A DNA stretch of 64,000 nt from Bryobacterales bacterium (lineage in GTDB: Bacteria; Acidobacteriota; Terriglobia; Bryobacterales; UBA6623). Shown here one piece after another: positions 52,901-64,000 of the stretch (the stretch's first letter is position 1; each line of letters begins with the position of its first letter). A model generated the notes under the pieces. The model was not told the DNA's origin. It did not search any database and was given only the letters and a program-made list of their open reading frames with translations. Location: assembly GCA_965242705.1 (NCBI GenBank), contig OZ251486.1:202736-266735 (forward strand). The letters are read 5' to 3'. Made by a program: the position numbers and the translations under genes.

Positions 52901-55900
52901 CGACCCCGGAAATCTTGCGTTATCCTCGACAGAGACGAAGCCGGATGCATGGCTTCAATGGGGCCGGGGTCTTTCGACCCCGGAAATGACGGCCCTGATG
53001 GGAATGCCTATATATACGAGCCGGCTTCAATGGGGCCGGGGTCTTTCGACCCCGGAAATCGATCCATACTGAAACCGTGGCGGCGAAACGCAGCCGCTTC
53101 AATGGGGCCGGGGTCTTTCGACCCCGGAAATTGGCTTGGCCAGGTGCTTCGGCGCGAAAAAAGAGGAAGCTTCAATGGGGCCGGGGTCTTTCGACCCCGG
53201 AAATTCCGACTCCTGCCGAGGATGCTTCTGACAGCGACTGCTTCAATGGGGCCGGGGTCTTTCGACCCCGGAAATCGCCTGCAACCAATGGCAGGAGAGA
53301 AAGGACTGACCGCTTCAATGGGGCCGGGGTCTTTCGACCCCGGAAATGAGGCTGAGAGGGTAAAGGAAAACCCGCCGCCCCGGGCTTCAATGGGGCCGGG
53401 GTCTTTCGACCCCGGAAATCCAGAGACCGCGCCGGCGAATGGGCCGTTGCCGTGGGCTTCAATGGGGCCGGGGTCTTTCGACCCCGGAAATACGAGCCTC
53501 CGCCGAACGCGCCGCACAAGCCAGCAAGCTTCAATGGGGCCGGGGTCTTTCGACCCCGGAAATATCGAAGCACACGGCGCGCTTGCCATCGAAAGCGATG
53601 GCTTCAATGGGGCCGGGGTCTTTCGACCCCGGAAATATGGCCGCCAGTGAATATCAGGGCGCCGCGCCGTCGCTTCAATGGGGCCGGGGTCTTTCGACCC
53701 CGGAAATCGGCCTTGAGTGCTTGCGCCATCGGTTCGATGAATTCGCTTCAATGGGGCCGGGGTCTTTCGACCCCGGAAATAAGCGGCAATCGACGCCGTT
53801 GCGGACAGCATCCGCGCTTCAATGGGGCCGGGGTCTTTCGACCCCGGAAATCGTCTTCCAGGATTTCCACTTCGAGATTCGCGAAGAAGCTTCAATGGGG
53901 CCGGGGTCTTTCGACCCCGGAAATGGCCGCTGATCAGATGCGACACGCTGTCGATCATGAAGCTTCAATGGGGCCGGGGTCTTTCGACCCCGGAAATCAA
54001 AAGGAGAAAGATCATGGCGAACATCGCAACCGCCGCTTCAATGGGGCCGGGGTCTTTCGACCCCGGAAATTCATCGACACCGTTGACCAACTGGCTGGCT
54101 TCCAACGCTTCAATGGGGCCGGGGTCTTTCGACCCCGGAAATGCCTGATCCGTATGGACGCATGCCAGTTGCTCCATTGCTTCAATGGGGCCGGGGTCTT
54201 TCGACCCCGGAAATTCGCGCCTGCCACCGGTTGCAGGCGTCTTTGGGATCGCTTCAATGGGGCCGGGGTCTTTCGACCCCGGAAATAAGCGTCAAGCGGG
54301 TATTCGGCGGGATATCCACAAGCTTCAATGGGGCCGGGGTCTTTCGACCCCGGAAATCCCAATTGGTGACCGAAGCCAGCTATGACGTGCTCGCTTCAAT
54401 GGGGCCGGGGTCTTTCGACCCCGGAAATGCCACGCTGATGGCGCGAATCATCGACGAAGCGCTGCTTCAATGGGGCCGGGGTCTTTCGACCCCGGAAATC
54501 GGCAAGCTCGATAGCGATGCCGTGGCGGCCCTCCCAGCTTCAATGGGGCCGGGGTCTTTCGACCCCGGAAATGGCGCTCCGGCGGGACGGGTTGCCAATG
54601 CAGCCGCGCTTCAATGGGGCCGGGGTCTTTCGACCCCGGAAATTGAAGATGGAAGCTGTCAGCCGGCGGACTTGGGGCAGCTTCAATGGGGCCGGGGTCT
54701 TTCGACCCCGGAAATAAGACGAAGAGGTCGCCGAGATCACCCGGCAGGTTTTGCTTCAATGGGGCCGGGGTCTTTCGACCCCGGAAATTCGGAATGCGGC
54801 GAAGACCGCTATGACCGCAAGACAGGCTTCAATGGGGCCGGGGTCTTTCGACCCCGGAAATGATGCGAAAAGATCGCACGGCTGACGGCTGAGGCGGGCT
54901 TCAATGGGGCCGGGGTCTTTCGACCCCGGAAATTGGAAAGGAACCAATAAGCCGAAAATGGCGCTGAACGCTTCAATGGGGCCGGGGTCTTTCGACCCCG
55001 GAAATAAGTGGCGAAAACTCTGCACCGATAACCTCGGAGCCGCTTCAATGGGGCCGGGGTCTTTCGACCCCGGAAATTGGCTTGGCCAGGTGCTTCGGCC
55101 TGGCGGGGTTGATGGCTTCAATGGGGCCGGGGTCTTTCGACCCCGGAAATGACTACAGCTTTCTGCTCATGGCTGACAGCGCCGCCGCTTCAATGGGGCC
55201 GGGGTCTTTCGACCCCGGAAATCCGCGCCGAAATCGAGAAGAATGCCCGCTTCATGGTGCTTCAATGGGGCCGGGGTCTTTCGACCCCGGAAATCTTGCG
55301 CTTCTTCGGAGGCGGCCCTATCCGCAACGGCGGCGCTTCAATGGGGCCGGGGTCTTTCGACCCCGGAAATGCGCTACCACCTCCCGCAATACCACCGGCT
55401 TGAGCTGCTTCAATGGGGCCGGGGTCTTTCGACCCCGGAAATGGCTCAGGCGCGTTGAGAAGCCTCACTGTGATGGCGGGGCTTCAATGGGGCCGGGGTC
55501 TTTCGACCCCGGAAATCGGATGTATTCTCTTAGGGTAGGAGATATGCGGGGACGCTTCAATGGGGCCGGGGTCTTTCGACCCCGGAAATGTTGATTCGCT
55601 TGATCGCCCGCGCCGCTTCATAGGCGCTTCAATGGGGCCGGGGTCTTTCGACCCCGGAAATTCGTCATAAGCATATAGAATAGTAATCATTATTGTTGGC
55701 TTCAATGGGGCCGGGGTCTTTCGACCCCGGAAATGGGACTTCCCCGTTACGGGATCCTTGTCCCGCGGGTTGCTTCAATGGGGCCGGGGTCTTTCGACCC
55801 CGGAAATCGCTTCGCTTGAGTCCGCCATACGTGAGGCGGTCGAGCTTCAATGGGGCCGGGGTCTTTCGACCCCGGAAATATGGCGACTCAGGACAAAATC

Positions 55901-58900
55901 GAAAACCTCCTCATGCTTCAATGGGGCCGGGGTCTTTCGACCCCGGAAATCATCATGGGGCGGCGCAACCCGCCGCCCCGCACCTCGCTTCAATGGGGCC
56001 GGGGTCTTTCGACCCCGGAAATATTACTCCGCCGGAGCCGGCCATGCCGTCATCATAGCTTCAATGGGGCCGGGGTCTTTCGACCCCGGAAATCTCGTCT
56101 CGCCGCGCAGCACGCCGCAAAGCCTCAGCTAGCTTCAATGGGGCCGGGGTCTTTCGACCCCGGAAATAGGACGAGCAATGAGCGGAGCCGATTGGTGCAT
56201 AGCGCTTCAATGGGGCCGGGGTCTTTCGACCCCGGAAATCCCCCATCCGGCGCCACCAGCGGGCGCCGTTCTTGGCGCTTCAATGGGGCCGGGGTCTTTC
56301 GACCCCGGAAATGTTGTACCGCGAAAGCGAAAGCCGCCCTCCGGTAACCGCTTCAATGGGGCCGGGGTCTTTCGACCCCGGAAATAAGACCTGCTCGTCG
56401 AAATCGACTACGGAGAGACGCGCTTCAATGGGGCCGGGGTCTTTCGACCCCGGAAATCTCAGGCCGCGCCTGTCGAGTGCCAATCGCGCGGTTGGCTTCA
56501 ATGGGGCCGGGGTCTTTCGACCCCGGAAATCCATGCTGACCGACGCCGTGTACAGGATATGCAAAGCGCTTCAATGGGGCCGGGGTCTTTCGACCCCGGA
56601 AATGCGAAGGCCTCGAAATCCTCTACCGCGAATCCTGGGGCTTCAATGGGGCCGGGGTCTTTCGACCCCGGAAATGCGCAGCCGTCGTCAATCACGGCTT
56701 TTTCAAAGACCGAGGCTTCAATGGGGCCGGGGTCTTTCGACCCCGGAAATTGGCTTGTGCGGCGCGTTCGGCGGAGGCTCGTTCATGGTCGCTTCAATGG
56801 GGCCGGGGTCTTTCGACCCCGGAAATGCCGTCGCCGTTGTCGAGGCTTTGCAAGCGCCAGTGCTTCAATGGGGCCGGGGTCTTTCGACCCCGGAAATGCG
56901 GCAAGCGCGAACGGCGTGGATGCCGCCTTCGTCGCTTCAATGGGGCCGGGGTCTTTCGACCCCGGAAATCAGCAGGATTGCTCGCCGCCATCGTCAGCGG
57001 CCAATGGCTTCAATGGGGCCGGGGTCTTTCGACCCCGGAAATATGCGCAAAGCTATCGAGAACGCCATGCGCGCCCTCGCTTCAATGGGGCCGGGGTCTT
57101 TCGACCCCGGAAATCCGGCTGCATCGAGCAGACCGTCCACTGGCGGCACGGCTTCAATGGGGCCGGGGTCTTTCGACCCCGGAAATTCCTTTCGGCCTCC
57201 GCGCATCGGGCCACGCTGCACCGCTTCAATGGGGCCGGGGTCTTTCGACCCCGGAAATTCGAAGAAGAACCCCAACCCCGCAATCCAGATCAAGGCTTCA
57301 ATGGGGCCGGGGTCTTTCGACCCCGGAAATCGGCCTGCTTGGAGCGCGGCGGCGCGATGTTTTCGGCGCTTCAATGGGGCCGGGGTCTTTCGACCCCGGA
57401 AATCGGCTTGGATTCGCTGCTGATTTCGGTGGCGATCAGCGCTTCAATGGGGCCGGGGTCTTTCGACCCCGGAAATACCGCACTGATGATGCTGGCCGAT
57501 GCCGTGCGCAAAGCTTCAATGGGGCCGGGGTCTTTCGACCCCGGAAATCCACCGAAGGAGACCATGACCATGCCCGAACACCCCGCTTCAATGGGGCCGG
57601 GGTCTTTCGACCCCGGAAATCTACTGGGCTACGATTGGCGCATCGTGCCCGGCGGCGCTTCAATGGGGCCGGGGTCTTTCGACCCCGGAAATTCGTTCAG
57701 CGCCGATGCTGCTTCCGCCCATGCCGCAGCTTCAATGGGGCCGGGGTCTTTCGACCCCGGAAATGGGCAATCCAATCGCTCAGCATGGCGCGCCCGAACA
57801 GCTTCAATGGGGCCGGGGTCTTTCGACCCCGGAAATGTCTGCGAATTCCGGGACATCTCCTACAGCATCCCCGCTTCAATGGGGCCGGGGTCTTTCGACC
57901 CCGGAAATGGAGGTGCAGACGAGCACCTTGTCGAAGCCGACGGCGCTTCAATGGGGCCGGGGTCTTTCGACCCCGGAAATCACCTTCGAGCCGTGCGCCC
58001 TGCCCATGCTCGCCTCGCTTCAATGGGGCCGGGGTCTTTCGACCCCGGAAATTCTTCTTCGGGGGAGTCGGGTTTCTCCAGGCCGACTTGCTTCAATGGG
58101 GCCGGGGTCTTTCGACCCCGGAAATTGCCTCCGACGATGAGGCATACGGCTCCGTCACGCTTGCTTCAATGGGGCCGGGGTCTTTCGACCCCGGAAATGG
58201 GTTCTTATCGCTTCGGCGTGGCGGCGCGGGACGTTGCTTCAATGGGGCCGGGGTCTTTCGACCCCGGAAATCGGCCATATCACCGCCTGCCATGCGGCCG
58301 CCTGCCTCGCTTCAATGGGGCCGGGGTCTTTCGACCCCGGAAATGTGGGCGCGCCAGGTCATTTTGCGGGTTGCCGCCCACATGCTTCAATGGGGCCGGG
58401 GTCTTTCGACCCCGGAAATAATGCGCAAATGGGATGGGCAGTCCGCATGCGGGTAGCTTCAATGGGGCCGGGGTCTTTCGACCCCGGAAATCCTATCGAG
58501 TGCCAATCGCGCAACTGCAAGCATCCGCCGCTTCAATGGGGCCGGGGTCTTTCGACCCCGGAAATGCGCCGCCCGTGACGCCCTCGCCGCTTATGAGGCG
58601 CCGCTTCAATGGGGCCGGGGTCTTTCGACCCCGGAAATGTTGACATCGACGACGGCGACGACAACCCCATCGACCTCGCTTCAATGGGGCCGGGGTCTTT
58701 CGACCCCGGAAATATCGCTGGCGGTCAGACCGCTTGGCCATCACTGCGCGGCTTCAATGGGGCCGGGGTCTTTCGACCCCGGAAATCGGTCACTGAAACC
58801 AGCGCAAGACTCGATACTGGATTGCTTCAATGGGGCCGGGGTCTTTCGACCCCGGAAATGCCACCGCCGGTTACCAGCCGAACGACTGGCCGACCGCTTC

Positions 58901-61900
58901 AATGGGGCCGGGGTCTTTCGACCCCGGAAATACCGGGCGGGCGGCCTATGCGGCTGCGCCGCTTGCGGCTTCAATGGGGCCGGGGTCTTTCGACCCCGGA
59001 AATTTCGCGGTAGAGGATTTCGAGGCCTTCGCGGATGTAGCTTCAATGGGGCCGGGGTCTTTCGACCCCGGAAATGTCACAGCGTCGGGTTTTGGCGTCG
59101 AGTTCGGGGCAGCTTCAATGGGGCCGGGGTCTTTCGACCCCGGAAATGGGGCGTCTCCGGCAGTGGGTCGGTGGCGGCGTCGAGCTTCAATGGGGCCGGG
59201 GTCTTTCGACCCCGGAAATGCTCTGGTTGAGGTTGCGAAACGGCGGGCGGAAACCGCTTCAATGGGGCCGGGGTCTTTCGACCCCGGAAATAGATGATTT
59301 TGGATTGCCGCAGGCTTGAAGCCACGAGCTTCAATGGGGCCGGGGTCTTTCGACCCCGGAAATTTGTGCGGCGCGTTCGGCGGAGGCTCGTTCATGGTCG
59401 CTTCAATGGGGCCGGGGTCTTTCGACCCCGGAAATCGGTTCCAACCACAACCATATGGGGAACCGAGATAGTGCTTCAATGGGGCCGGGGTCTTTCGACC
59501 CCGGAAATCTCGTGTGGGATGAGACGGAAAACTACCGCATCGAGCTTCAATGGGGCCGGGGTCTTTCGACCCCGGAAATGGCAACTACGTCTTCACGATC
59601 ACCTTCGTCAACTCGCTTCAATGGGGCCGGGGTCTTTCGACCCCGGAAATAAGACCTGCTCGTCGAAATCGACTACGGAGAGACGCGCTTCAATGGGGCC
59701 GGGGTCTTTCGACCCCGGAAATAATCGTCGGCCATCGCACCATCGACGGAGTGCCGCTGCTTCAATGGGGCCGGGGTCTTTCGACCCCGGAAATGCCCTA
59801 CGTCGACCCCTACGCCCCGCCGGTTATCGAGCTTCAATGGGGCCGGGGTCTTTCGACCCCGGAAATTGGCAATAACCCCCCCCCGCGCCGGAAGCCGCAG
59901 CCGCTTCAATGGGGCCGGGGTCTTTCGACCCCGGAAATGCCGCCTCAACCGCATCGATCAACGCTCTACCGTTGGCTTCAATGGGGCCGGGGTCTTTCGA
60001 CCCCGGAAATCACGGTCTCGCCGCGCCCCATCACCATCGAGACGCCGCTTCAATGGGGCCGGGGTCTTTCGACCCCGGAAATCGGCACGGAGGCTGTCGA
60101 GTTCGCTCTCGACGCGGCGCTTCAATGGGGCCGGGGTCTTTCGACCCCGGAAATACATGCCAGGAGACGATCTCGACGCAGCCGCCCGCGCTTCAATGGG
60201 GCCGGGGTCTTTCGACCCCGGAAATCTTCTACCGCAGAGAGGAGCGGACGTAATGGCTACCGGCTTCAATGGGGCCGGGGTCTTTCGACCCCGGAAATGG
60301 ATTCGACGGCTGCCAGCAGCCGAGCAACCCCGCGGCTTCAATGGGGCCGGGGTCTTTCGACCCCGGAAATCGCCGCCAGTGTTTTTTCCAGTCGAGGCAC
60401 CGCCGGGCTTCAATGGGGCCGGGGTCTTTCGACCCCGGAAATGCCTTGATCGAGATCGACGCTTCCGAAGCCGTCACCGTCGCTTCAATGGGGCCGGGGT
60501 CTTTCGACCCCGGAAATATATGGCAAAGTGCCGATGTGGAAAAGCAACCGAAAGCTTCAATGGGGCCGGGGTCTTTCGACCCCGGAAATAACTTCACGAA
60601 CGAGCAGTGGAAAGCGCTGACTCTGGGCTTCAATGGGGCCGGGGTCTTTCGACCCCGGAAATGTTTCCTTTTTGCAATGCTCGGCAAAGGCTTTGCGGCT
60701 TCAATGGGGCCGGGGTCTTTCGACCCCGGAAATGTTGAAACCGCGGGTTCAGTCGCAAAACGGGACAAGCTGCTTCAATGGGGCCGGGGTCTTTCGACCC
60801 CGGAAATGGCTGCGGCGACGTTCTCCACCGAGACGCTGAAGCCGGCTTCAATGGGGCCGGGGTCTTTCGACCCCGGAAATCAGCCCGGCGCAGGCGCATT
60901 GGCTGGCGGCGTTATCGCTTCAATGGGGCCGGGGTCTTTCGACCCCGGAAATACGAGAGCGAATGGGCCGAGGTCTTCGCCCTGGCGGCTTCAATGGGGC
61001 CGGGGTCTTTCGACCCCGGAAATCCGATGCCTGAACCTCATGAAAACCCTGCGCCGGCGGCTTCAATGGGGCCGGGGTCTTTCGACCCCGGAAATATGCT
61101 GACGCCGACGAATCCGCTCGCATCGCCATGCGGCTTCAATGGGGCCGGGGTCTTTCGACCCCGGAAATCCCAGATCGTCGAAATCAAGCATGGCTACACG
61201 CCGGCGCTTCAATGGGGCCGGGGTCTTTCGACCCCGGAAATACATCGCCGAGCGGGGACAGCGGCAACCCATCGTGGGCTTCAATGGGGCCGGGGTCTTT
61301 CGACCCCGGAAATGAGGCTTTGCGGCGTGCTGCGCGGCGGGATGAGAGCGCTTCAATGGGGCCGGGGTCTTTCGACCCCGGAAATATGGGATAGCCTCCT
61401 GCATCGTTCAATTCTCCGAACGCTTCAATGGGGCCGGGGTCTTTCGACCCCGGAAATGGGACGGCTCCGCGGGATTCAGCATCGGCGCAGCGGTGCTTCA
61501 ATGGGGCCGGGGTCTTTCGACCCCGGAAATCCGCGATTATCCGGACGCCGATCAAATCGCCAAATGGCGCGCTTCAATGGGGCCGGGGTCTTTCGACCCC
61601 GGAAATCAAGGCGACGGGGTGCTCGTCCGGCAGCACGACGGGCTTCAATGGGGCCGGGGTCTTTCGACCCCGGAAATAAGCCGCTGGTTGACTGGGCGGA
61701 AGCGTTGGAACAGGCTTCAATGGGGCCGGGGTCTTTCGACCCCGGAAATGAGCGGCTTGGGAACGGATACGGGAACGCTCGAACCCGGCTTCAATGGGGC
61801 CGGGGTCTTTCGACCCCGGAAATTTGCCCGGCAGGCCGCACGGGGCGCCTTGGATAGCAGCTTCAATGGGGCCGGGGTCTTTCGACCCCGGAAATGGCCG

Positions 61901-64000
61901 CCAAGAAAGACGACCTGCTGCAGCGCTTGCACGGCTTCAATGGGGCCGGGGTCTTTCGACCCCGGAAATCGCCCGGCGCGGATCGCCGCGAACGACCGCG
62001 AAGCGGGCTTCAATGGGGCCGGGGTCTTTCGACCCCGGAAATCCGCCCGGCGCGGATCGCCGCGAACGACCGCGAAGCGGCTTCAATGGGGCCGGGGTCT
62101 TTCGACCCCGGAAATCCCAGCGAACCCGCCCAGACGCCCAGACCGCCGGCGCTTCAATGGGGCCGGGGTCTTTCGACCCCGGAAATCGTGCCGCCAAAGA
62201 TAAATAGACTAGCCGCCAAGCAGCTTCAATGGGGCCGGGGTCTTTCGACCCCGGAAATATCGTAGCCGCGCTGTCGAGCCGTGCCGCCAAAGATGCTTCA
62301 ATGGGGCCGGGGTCTTTCGACCCCGGAAATCCGTTGGTCTGCCAGGGCGGGGCAGCGAGGAGGATGCTGCTTCAATGGGGCCGGGGTCTTTCGACCCCGG
62401 AAATGCCTTGAAGCCGAACCGCAATCTGCGCATCAGCGGCGCTTCAATGGGGCCGGGGTCTTTCGACCCCGGAAATGCGACTGAACCCAATGAAACCCCT
62501 TGCAGTTTTGCCCGCTTCAATGGGGCCGGGGTCTTTCGACCCCGGAAATCCGCGAAGAGCCGCCTCGCCAAGCGGCTGCGAACCGCTTCAATGGGGCCGG
62601 GGTCTTTCGACCCCGGAAATTCGTTGCCGTGCGTTGGCGATGGCGGAATGCTTCCGGGCTTCAATGGGGCCGGGGTCTTTCGACCCCGGAAATATGGGCC
62701 GCTCGACCCGCCCCGCCGAAGCCCAAGCCGCTTCAATGGGGCCGGGGTCTTTCGACCCCGGAAATGAGCGGTGGGATGCCGATCTGCGCACGATTGTTGC
62801 CGGGCTTCAATGGGGCCGGGGTCTTTCGACCCCGGAAATAGCCGCCCAGACCGCGCGGGAACTCGTCGAAGAGCAGCTTCAATGGGGCCGGGGTCTTTCG
62901 ACCCCGGAAATGCGGCGGCTGCAAGGCGGCGGAACAAGTAGCCGGGGTTGCTTCAATGGGGCCGGGGTCTTTCGACCCCGGAAATCCCCTGGCCAAGTCC
63001 GACTTTCGCCGGGAGGCCGCGCTTCAATGGGGCCGGGGTCTTTCGACCCCGGAAATGCTGCGGTTTTTCGCACCATTGCCTGGGCTTCTTCGCGCTTCAA
63101 TGGGGCCGGGGTCTTTCGACCCCGGAAATTAGCTTGCGCCTCTATGAGGCTAACGATGGCATCCGTGCTTCAATGGGGCCGGGGTCTTTCGACCCCGGAA
63201 ATCACCTTGTCTTGCATTGCCATCGCGAAGTCCCGCCGGCTTCAATGGGGCCGGGGTCTTTCGACCCCGGAAATATCGCCGTCTCTGAACGCATCCGAGG
63301 CTTGGATGCTGCTTCAATGGGGCCGGGGTCTTTCGACCCCGGAAATGCCGTTGCGCACGGCACGCGATACACCGGAGCGGTCGGCTTCAATGGGGCCGGG
63401 GTCTTTCGACCCCGGAAATATCCACGGACTGAGCGAACGAGCCGACGTAGTCCTCGCTTCAATGGGGCCGGGGTCTTTCGACCCCGGAAATGACGCTGCG
63501 ACCGCAAGAGCATATCGAGGCCACGTTGCTTCAATGGGGCCGGGGTCTTTCGACCCCGGAAATGCCCGGCGCGGCTAACCCGCGCTAAGTCGGGCCGGAG
63601 CTTCAATGGGGCCGGGGTCTTTCGACCCCGGAAATCGGCTCCGAAGGCGCTGTTGCCGATTCTGGTGAACGTGCTTCAATGGGGCCGGGGTCTTTCGACC
63701 CCGGAAATGCGGGAGCCGACATCGCACGATGCCGGATGCAGCCTGCTTCAATGGGGCCGGGGTCTTTCGACCCCGGAAATCATCTTCCGCCCGCCTCAAA
63801 CGAACAGAAGGAGTCGGCTTCAATGGGGCCGGGGTCTTTCGACCCCGGAAATCTCCCAATTGGTGACCGAAGCCAGCTATGACGTACTGCTTCAATGGGG
63901 CCGGGGTCTTTCGACCCCGGAAATGCGTTGCCCGGCGCAACAGGCCGAAGATGGATGCCGCTTCAATGGGGCCGGGGTCTTTCGACCCCGGAAATTGGAT

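Larger units (their letters stand above)
24999..64000 (-). CRISPR. giant CRISPR array: 36-bp repeat, about 540 copies and 539 complete spacers (35-40 nt, mean about 36.3), continuing beyond the window end. The strand given is the predicted transcription direction.
   Basis: The plus-strand repeat is GCTTCAATGGGGCCGGGGTCTTTCGACCCCGGAAAT. The first copy is at 24999-25034 and the last complete copy at 63960-63995, followed by 5 nt of the next spacer. Repeat starts read at about 1-kb checkpoints (24999, 25718, 27015, 28023, ... 62007, 63021, 63960) keep a 72-73 bp period with a cumulative drift of 153 nt, which gives 539 units. No interruption was detected. Spacers are overwhelmingly unique. On the minus strand the repeat ends in ATTGAAGC and has a GAAA-capped 8-bp stem. 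Confidence 0.99.

Noticed and set aside
25005-63940. Dozens of ORFs of 60-620 aa on both strands inside 25-64 kb (for example 52055..53650, 56559..58421, 56750..58456 and 47965..48816), with recurring peptides ASMGPGSFDPGN, LQWGRGLSTPEI/M, FNGAGVFRPRK, FPGSKDPGPIEA, FRGRKTPAPLK and ISGVERPRPH.
   Set aside because: These peptides are simply the six reading frames of the 36-bp CRISPR repeat. The repeat contains no stop codon in most frames, so ORFs persist until a spacer supplies a stop. They are not repeat proteins.

Overview
This is a GC-rich bacterial chromosomal segment with two very different parts. (1) Positions 1-24.7 kb are ordinary, tightly packed housekeeping genes. They comprise a DUF1549/DUF1553 (PSCyt) plus DUF1501 gene pair, a glycogen cluster (glgP-glgA divergent from glgX-malQ-glgB, with ATGA-type start/stop overlaps), and an envelope block (htrA, lgt, a small cytochrome c, lspA). 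These are followed by groES-groEL, an alginate-export-family outer-membrane protein, a VOC/glyoxalase-fold protein, an Rrf2 regulator with cysK, and etfB-etfA. The PSCyt/DUF1501 pair suggests Planctomycetota, Acidobacteriota or Verrucomicrobiota, but I cannot assign taxonomy from sequence alone. (2) At 24,807-24,998 lies a remnant of an IS5-family element: its terminal inverted repeat plus the first ~52 codons of the transposase. It is fused directly to the first repeat of one uninterrupted CRISPR array that fills the rest of the window (24,999-64,000) and runs off its end. By tracking the repeat phase at about 1-kb checkpoints I count 540 copies of a 36-bp repeat (GCTTCAATGGGGCCGGGGTCTTTCGACCCCGGAAAT) and 539 complete spacers of 35-40 nt. 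No cas gene is present anywhere in the window. The repeat structure indicates minus-strand transcription, so the leader and any cas genes should lie beyond 64,000. The array carries readable internal history: a block of 19 consecutive repeats with one SNP, two tandem unit duplications, identical spacers re-acquired far apart, register-shifted and strand-flipped versions of the same protospacer, SNP-variant spacer pairs, a tRNA-3'-end-like spacer, and a run of low-GC spacers. I found no new protein-coding system. The notable object is the very large, apparently cas-less (on this flank), IS-truncated array. All long ORFs in the supplied track that lie inside the array are translation artefacts of the repeat.
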